Origin: an uncultured Candidatus Entotheonella sp.
GTDB taxonomy: Bacteria > Tectomicrobia > Entotheonellia > Entotheonellales > Entotheonellaceae
Assembly: GCA_965217185.1 (NCBI GenBank)
Contig: OZ244252.1
Span: forward strand, 256,001 to 320,000
Length of the DNA: 64,000 bases
Direction: 5' to 3'
The translations under genes and the position numbers were made by a program. The notes under the pieces were generated by a model. That model was not told the origin of the DNA, made no database searches, and saw only the letters and a list, made by a program, of their open reading frames with translations. Shown here one piece after another: positions 58,009 to 64,000 of the stretch (position 1 is its first letter; each line of letters begins with the position of its first letter).

Positions 58009-58734
58009 ATGCTTTCGAAATCCGCCGCACGGGCGTTCTTTCTGGTCGGCACCATTGGGTTTTCGGTCATCTTTCTGCTGCTGACGTTCGACACCATCCG
58101 CCGCGTGCCGGAGCAGACCAACGCCGACAACCTGACGCCGCAGGCGATCGCCGGCAAGCACCTGTGGGACAGGAACAACTGCATGGGCTGCCACACCATC
58201 CTGGGCGAGGGTGCCTACTACGCGCCGGAACTGACCAAGGTGTACGAACGGCGCGGGCCGGAGTTCATCAAGGCCATGCTGCGCGATCCGGAGGCCATGT
58301 ATCCCGGCCAGCGGCGCATGGTGAAGTACGACTTCACGGACGAGGAAATGGAGGCCATGGTCGCCTTCCTCAAGTGGATCGGCGAGATGGACCTCAATGG
58401 CTTCCCGCCCGAGCCCACCCTGCTGCCGGTGACGGTGCCGACGGTGGGGCCGGAGGTCGTTGCCGCGGTTTCGCCCCCGCCCAAGGTGTTCAACCAAATT
58501 TGCATCGCCTGCCATAGCCTGGGCGGGCAGGGCGGCGTGGTGGGACCGGCGCTGGACGACGTCGGCAGCCGACTCACCTACGACGACCTCGTGCCGTGGC
58601 TCACCGACCCGCACAAGGTCAAGCCCGACACGGCGATGCCGAAGCTGCCACTGTCGAGCGCCGACATTGCCGAACTCGCCTCCTTTCTGTCCAAGATGAA
58701 GCAACCCGGCGCGGTCAGGGAGGGCACCAACTGA
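58009..58734 (+). CDS. norC: Nitric oxide reductase cytochrome c subunit, diheme
   Basis: N-terminal TM, CMGCHT.GEGAYYAPEL, plus a second CIACH domain. Confidence 0.88.
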   Translation: MLSKSAARAFFLVGTIGFSVIFLLLTFDTIRRVPEQTNADNLTPQAIAGKHLWDRNNCMGCHTILGEGAYYAPELTKVYERRGPEFIKAMLRDPEAMYPGQRRMVKYDFTDEEMEAMVAFLKWIGEMDLNGFPPEPTLLPVTVPTVGPEVVAAVSPPPKVFNQICIACHSLGGQGGVVGPALDDVGSRLTYDDLVPWLTDPHKVKPDTAMPKLPLSSADIAELASFLSKMKQPGAVREGTN

Positions 58735-60083
58735 TGAAATACCAGTCACAGAGAATCGCCTACTATTTCTTCGCGGTGTCGATGCTGCTGTTGTGCCTGC
58801 AGATCCTCTACGGCTTCATCATGGCGTTTGCGCACGTGGGCTACGACGTGCTGCACGCCGTCATCCCCTTCAACGTGGCGCGCGCCACCCACCTCAACCT
58901 GCTCGTCGTCTGGCTGCTCAGCGGCTTCATGGGAGCGGCGCACTTCATCATTCCCGACGAGACCGGCCAGGAACTGTATTCGACCCCGCTGGCGGTGGCG
59001 CAGCTCGTCAGCCTGGTGCTCGTCGGCGTGGTGGCCATCATCGGCTTTCACTTCCAGTGGTGGGAGGGGCGGAAGTTCCTCGAAATCCCGCGCCCGTTGG
59101 ACTACCTGGTGGTGGTGAACGTCCTGATGTTCGTCGCCAATATCGGCATAACGCTGTGGCGGAGTAGTCGTCGCACCACCACGAGCATCGTGCTGTTCAT
59201 GGGGCTGCTGTCGGCGGCACTGCTGTACCTGCCGGGGATGATCGACACCACCAACCAGACGATGGATTCCTACTGGCGCTGGTGGGTGGTGCACCTGTGG
59301 GTGGAGGGCGTGTGGGAACTCATCATGGGCGCCATCCTGGCGTACCTGCTCATCAAGCTGACCGGCGTCGACCGCGAGATGATCGAGAAGTGGCTGTACC
59401 TCATCGTGGGTCTGACGTTCCTGTCCGGCATTCTGGGCACCGGGCATCATTACTACTACATCGGCACGCCGAGCTACTGGCTGTGGATCGGTGGCATCTT
59501 CAGCGCCCTGGAGCCGCTGGCCTTCTTCGGCATGGCGGCGTACGCGGTGGCGATGGTGCGGCGCGGCGGGCGGCGGCACCCCAACTCCCTGGCGCTGTCG
59601 TGGACGGTGGGCTGCGCCATCATGTCGTTCGTTGGCGCCGGCGTGCTGGGCTTCGCGCACACCCTGCCGCAGATCAACCTGTACACCCACGGCACGCTGG
59701 TGACCGCCATGCACGCGCACCTGGCGTTTTGGGGCGCTTACGCCATGCTGGTGCTCGGCATGATTTCCTACGCCCTGCCGCTGCTCACCGGGCGCAAGCT
59801 CTACAACACCGGCGTTTCGGCCTTTGCCTTCTGGACGTCCAACATCGGCATGGTCAGCATGACGGCGGCCTTCGCCGTAGCCGGGGTAACGCAGGTCTAC
59901 CTCGAACGCCGGGTGGGCATGGATTTTCTCGCCGTCCAAGAGGAGTTGGCGGTGCACTTCTGGGGCGTCGTGCTGGCGGCGGCCCTGTTCACCATTGGCA
60001 TCCTGGCCTTTGTCTACACCTTCGTGAAATCCGGCTGGCCGGTGGGCGAGGTCAATGCGTCGGCGACCCCCGAGTACGCCTGA
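58734..60083 (+). CDS. norB: Nitric oxide reductase large subunit (cNOR)
   Basis: HLNL, EGRKFLE, WVVHLWVEGVWE, GTGHH, SALE, HAHLAFWG. Confidence 0.95.
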   Translation: MKYQSQRIAYYFFAVSMLLLCLQILYGFIMAFAHVGYDVLHAVIPFNVARATHLNLLVVWLLSGFMGAAHFIIPDETGQELYSTPLAVAQLVSLVLVGVVAIIGFHFQWWEGRKFLEIPRPLDYLVVVNVLMFVANIGITLWRSSRRTTTSIVLFMGLLSAALLYLPGMIDTTNQTMDSYWRWWVVHLWVEGVWELIMGAILAYLLIKLTGVDREMIEKWLYLIVGLTFLSGILGTGHHYYYIGTPSYWLWIGGIFSALEPLAFFGMAAYAVAMVRRGGRRHPNSLALSWTVGCAIMSFVGAGVLGFAHTLPQINLYTHGTLVTAMHAHLAFWGAYAMLVLGMISYALPLLTGRKLYNTGVSAFAFWTSNIGMVSMTAAFAVAGVTQVYLERRVGMDFLAVQEELAVHFWGVVLAAALFTIGILAFVYTFVKSGWPVGEVNASATPEYA

Positions 60084-60091
60084 GCGGTGCG

Positions 60092-60865
60092 ATGAGCGTT
60101 CCTTACTACCGACCCATCCAGCGTGAGGTGGAGGTCTTCGAGCACGCCTATCGCAATCAGTTGGCGCTGATGATCAAGGGACCCACGGGCTGCGGCAAAA
60201 CGCGCTTCGTGGAGGCGATGGCGGCGAAGGCCGAACGGCCCCTGGTGACGGTCGCCTGTCACGACGACACCACCGCCACCGACCTGCTGGGGCGCCACCT
60301 CGTGGAGGGCGGCGACACCGTGTGGCAGGACGGGCCGCTGACCCGCGCCATCCGGCAGGGTGCCATTCTGTACCTCGACGAGATCGTCGAAGCGCGCGAA
60401 GATGTGGTCGTGGTGCTGCATTCCCTGGCCGACCATCGCCGTCAAATCTATCTTGACCGCCTGAACGAGACGCTGACCGCCCCCGCCGAATTCATGCTGG
60501 TCATCAGTTTCAACCCCGGTTATCAACGCGGCTTCAAGGAACTCAAGCCCTCCACGCGGCAGCGCTTCGTGGGCCTGAGCTTTCAGTACCCCGAGCCGGC
60601 GGTCGAGGCCGAGATCGTAGCGCAGGAAAGCGGCATCGATCTGGCCATGGCCAAGCGCTTGGTCGCCTTCGCCGGCAAGGTGCGTAATCTGCAGGAATTC
60701 GGCCTCAGCGCCACCGCCTCCACCCGCCTGCTGGCCCACGCGGGCCGTCTCATGCACACCGGCATGCCGCCGCGCACGGCGTGCCACGTCGGCGTCATCG
60801 AGCCTTTGACCGATGACGACGACATCCGCAGTGCCCTGCAAGACACGGCAAACCTGATCCTGTGA
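60092..60865 (+). CDS. norQ: NorQ/CbbQ AAA+ ATPase
   Basis: KGPTGCGKTRFVE, YLDEIVEAR, LKPSTRQRF. Confidence 0.93.
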   Translation: MSVPYYRPIQREVEVFEHAYRNQLALMIKGPTGCGKTRFVEAMAAKAERPLVTVACHDDTTATDLLGRHLVEGGDTVWQDGPLTRAIRQGAILYLDEIVEAREDVVVVLHSLADHRRQIYLDRLNETLTAPAEFMLVISFNPGYQRGFKELKPSTRQRFVGLSFQYPEPAVEAEIVAQESGIDLAMAKRLVAFAGKVRNLQEFGLSATASTRLLAHAGRLMHTGMPPRTACHVGVIEPLTDDDDIRSALQDTANLIL

Positions 60866-62814
60866 GCTGGGACGAGGCGCTCTTCCGACTCGCCTGGAAG
60901 CTCAAGCGCGGCCGCCGGCACGCCGCTGCCGAGCCCGAGCGCCAACGGGAAGCCAGGCTTGCCGACCTGAAAACCTCGCTGACCCTGGTGGCGCGCGCCC
61001 TGAGCGGCGAGGCCCTGGAGGTCCAGGAGGCCGAGCACGTCGGCGGCTATGCCGGCGAGGTCATTTACCTGCCCCGAACCATCCACTTGGCACCCACCCC
61101 CAACGACAACGCCCGCGTTTACCTGTACCGCGTCGCCTATTCCGTCACCTCGCGCCAGCTGGCCTTCACGCTGCCGCCGAGCCTGCCCGCGGATTTCCGC
61201 ATCTTCCATACGCTCGTGGCCGTGCCGCCAACCCGGCGGGCGCTTGAATCGGCCCTGCCGGCTTCTCAAGCCCTGCGCCAGGAATTCAGTTCCCTGCTGT
61301 TGCAGGACCGTTCGTCGCCCACGACGATGGATACGATGACGGCACGCCTGGAAGTGTTGACGCAGTTGTTGCTGGGACGAGAATCCGATGTCTCGAAACC
61401 GTTTTCAGAGTTGCTTCGATGCATTGTCACGGCCGCCCGACCCTGGGACGAAAACGCGCTGCGCGACCTCTGGCAACAGTTCCGGCACGGCGTACGGCGC
61501 ACGGCGCGGCGCGCCCACGTGCCGCCCCTCATTTTGTGGGGCCAACTCATGCCGTTCCAGGCCGAATCCCGCCCAGTTGCGCCGGGAAGCCCGCAGCAAC
61601 GCCACGCGTCGTCGTCCTTTCCGAGCGGCACCGAACTGCCCGGCAAGCCAAAGGAAGACGTGCGTCGCGTCGCGCTGGATCAACAGGACATCGACAACGA
61701 CACCCTCATCCACACGTTCGAGAAGATCGAAACCGCTGAGGAGTTCAGCGGCGTGACACGGACGCCGGACGGCGCCGACGAGCTCGCCCACCACGCCGAC
61801 GCCCTTGACGAGCTTGACATGCACGAAGTGGTGAGAACCTCCACCCCCACGCACTCCGTTTACAAGGCCGACCTGCGGCTTAGCGATGACACCGGCGACC
61901 TTGAATCCGCCGAGCCTCAGTCCGGCACTGCATTCACCTACGATGAATGGGATGGCAGGGCGCAGCGCTACCGGCCTGCGTGGTGCACCGTGTACGTCAG
62001 CCAGCCGGCTGCCCCTGCGGGCGCCGATCAGACAGCGGCGGCCATTGTGCGCAAGCACGCCCGCACGGTGCAGGAGGTGCGCCTGCTGCTTGACAAGCTG
62101 CGGCACAAACGTCTGCTGCGGAACCGGCAAACCGAGGGGACGGATATCGACGTTGACGCGGTCGTGGACCGCTATGCCACAGTGCGCGGCGGCCAGCGGC
62201 CCGATGACCGGCTGTACCTGGCGCAGCGGCGGCAGCGGCGCGATCTGGTGACCCTGCTGCTGATCGACATGAGCGCCTCCACCGACGCCTGGATCGAGGG
62301 CTCGCGCGTCCTCGACATCGCCACGGAATCGGCGCTGGTGCTAGGAGAGGTGTTGTCGCAATGGGGGGACCGCGTCGGTATGGCCGGGTTCTACAGCAAT
62401 ACCCGGCGCGACTGTCGATTCGTCATGCTGAAGCCGTTTGACGCCGACTGGCACCGCAGCCGCGCTGCGCTCACGAGCCTCGAACCGACGGGCTACACCC
62501 GCATCGGGCCCGCCGTGCGTCACGGCACCGCGTTGCTGCAGGGCCAGCGGTCCGCCAGGAAGCTGTTGCTGTTGCTCAGCGACGGCAAGCCGATCGATTA
62601 CGACCGCTACGAGGGGCGCTACGGCATCGCCGACATTCGTCAGGCCATTCGGGAGGCGCACCACAGCCGCATCCACACCTACGCCTTGGCCATCGACGTG
62701 CAGGCGAAGCTTTACCTGCCGCAGATGTTCGGCAGTGGCTCATTTCGCATTCTGCCGCACCCGACCCATCTGGTGCGCGGCTTGTCGGAGGTGTACGGCC
62801 AATTGGCGCGCTGA
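60862..62814 (+). CDS. norD: NorD von Willebrand factor A activation protein
   Basis: YDEWD, DMSAST MIDAS, YTRIGPA.RH, SDGKP.D.D.YEG.YG. Confidence 0.92.
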   Translation: MSWDEALFRLAWKLKRGRRHAAAEPERQREARLADLKTSLTLVARALSGEALEVQEAEHVGGYAGEVIYLPRTIHLAPTPNDNARVYLYRVAYSVTSRQLAFTLPPSLPADFRIFHTLVAVPPTRRALESALPASQALRQEFSSLLLQDRSSPTTMDTMTARLEVLTQLLLGRESDVSKPFSELLRCIVTAARPWDENALRDLWQQFRHGVRRTARRAHVPPLILWGQLMPFQAESRPVAPGSPQQRHASSSFPSGTELPGKPKEDVRRVALDQQDIDNDTLIHTFEKIETAEEFSGVTRTPDGADELAHHADALDELDMHEVVRTSTPTHSVYKADLRLSDDTGDLESAEPQSGTAFTYDEWDGRAQRYRPAWCTVYVSQPAAPAGADQTAAAIVRKHARTVQEVRLLLDKLRHKRLLRNRQTEGTDIDVDAVVDRYATVRGGQRPDDRLYLAQRRQRRDLVTLLLIDMSASTDAWIEGSRVLDIATESALVLGEVLSQWGDRVGMAGFYSNTRRDCRFVMLKPFDADWHRSRAALTSLEPTGYTRIGPAVRHGTALLQGQRSARKLLLLLSDGKPIDYDRYEGRYGIADIRQAIREAHHSRIHTYALAIDVQAKLYLPQMFGSGSFRILPHPTHLVRGLSEVYGQLAR

Positions 62815-62855
62815 AACGGCGGCACGGTGGCCGCCGTCAACCGGAAGGTGGGGGA

Positions 62856-64000
<1,145 letters not shown>

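Overview
A GC-rich bacterial chromosomal segment in which housekeeping blocks alternate with defence and toxin-antitoxin (TA) islands. The lineage cannot be fixed from this window; the many luciferase-like, TA and dehalogenase-like genes are only suggestive of a sponge-symbiont-type organism. Housekeeping genes include a partial PPK2, an MMPL/LolA-like/barrel transporter triad, an Sdh1-type succinate dehydrogenase, thyA, DsbA, an HpaBC-like pair, PduO, def, queG, tRNA-Asn, aldolases, norCBQD, mdh and the end of a malic enzyme. Defence regions are a Type II RM pair (0.8-2.5 kb), an island at 16.6-23.8 kb (PIN TAs, MmeI-like RM, DUF6338 plus a small peptide, Mrr, ParDE), and a tRNA-Asn-adjacent island at 33.4-49.8 kb (Type I RM with cargo inserted at its gene starts, PHP-ATPase, SRAP, TAs). 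Four observations go beyond the ORF track. (1) An orphan 24-aa pqqA has its own near-consensus sigma54 promoter and terminator and lies directly downstream of a diheme cytochrome c peroxidase-like lipoprotein, a DAHL-type histidine kinase and an NtrC-type activator; the whole module is bracketed by REP repeats and is a candidate redox-sensing switch for PQQ precursor supply. (2) An AhpE-like peroxiredoxin has an in-frame TGA (likely selenocysteine) at the peroxidatic position. (3) HsdM has KPPF instead of the catalytic NPPF. (4) Duplicated hsdS and hsdR gene starts flank inserted cassettes. All family assignments come from motif recognition, not database searches.
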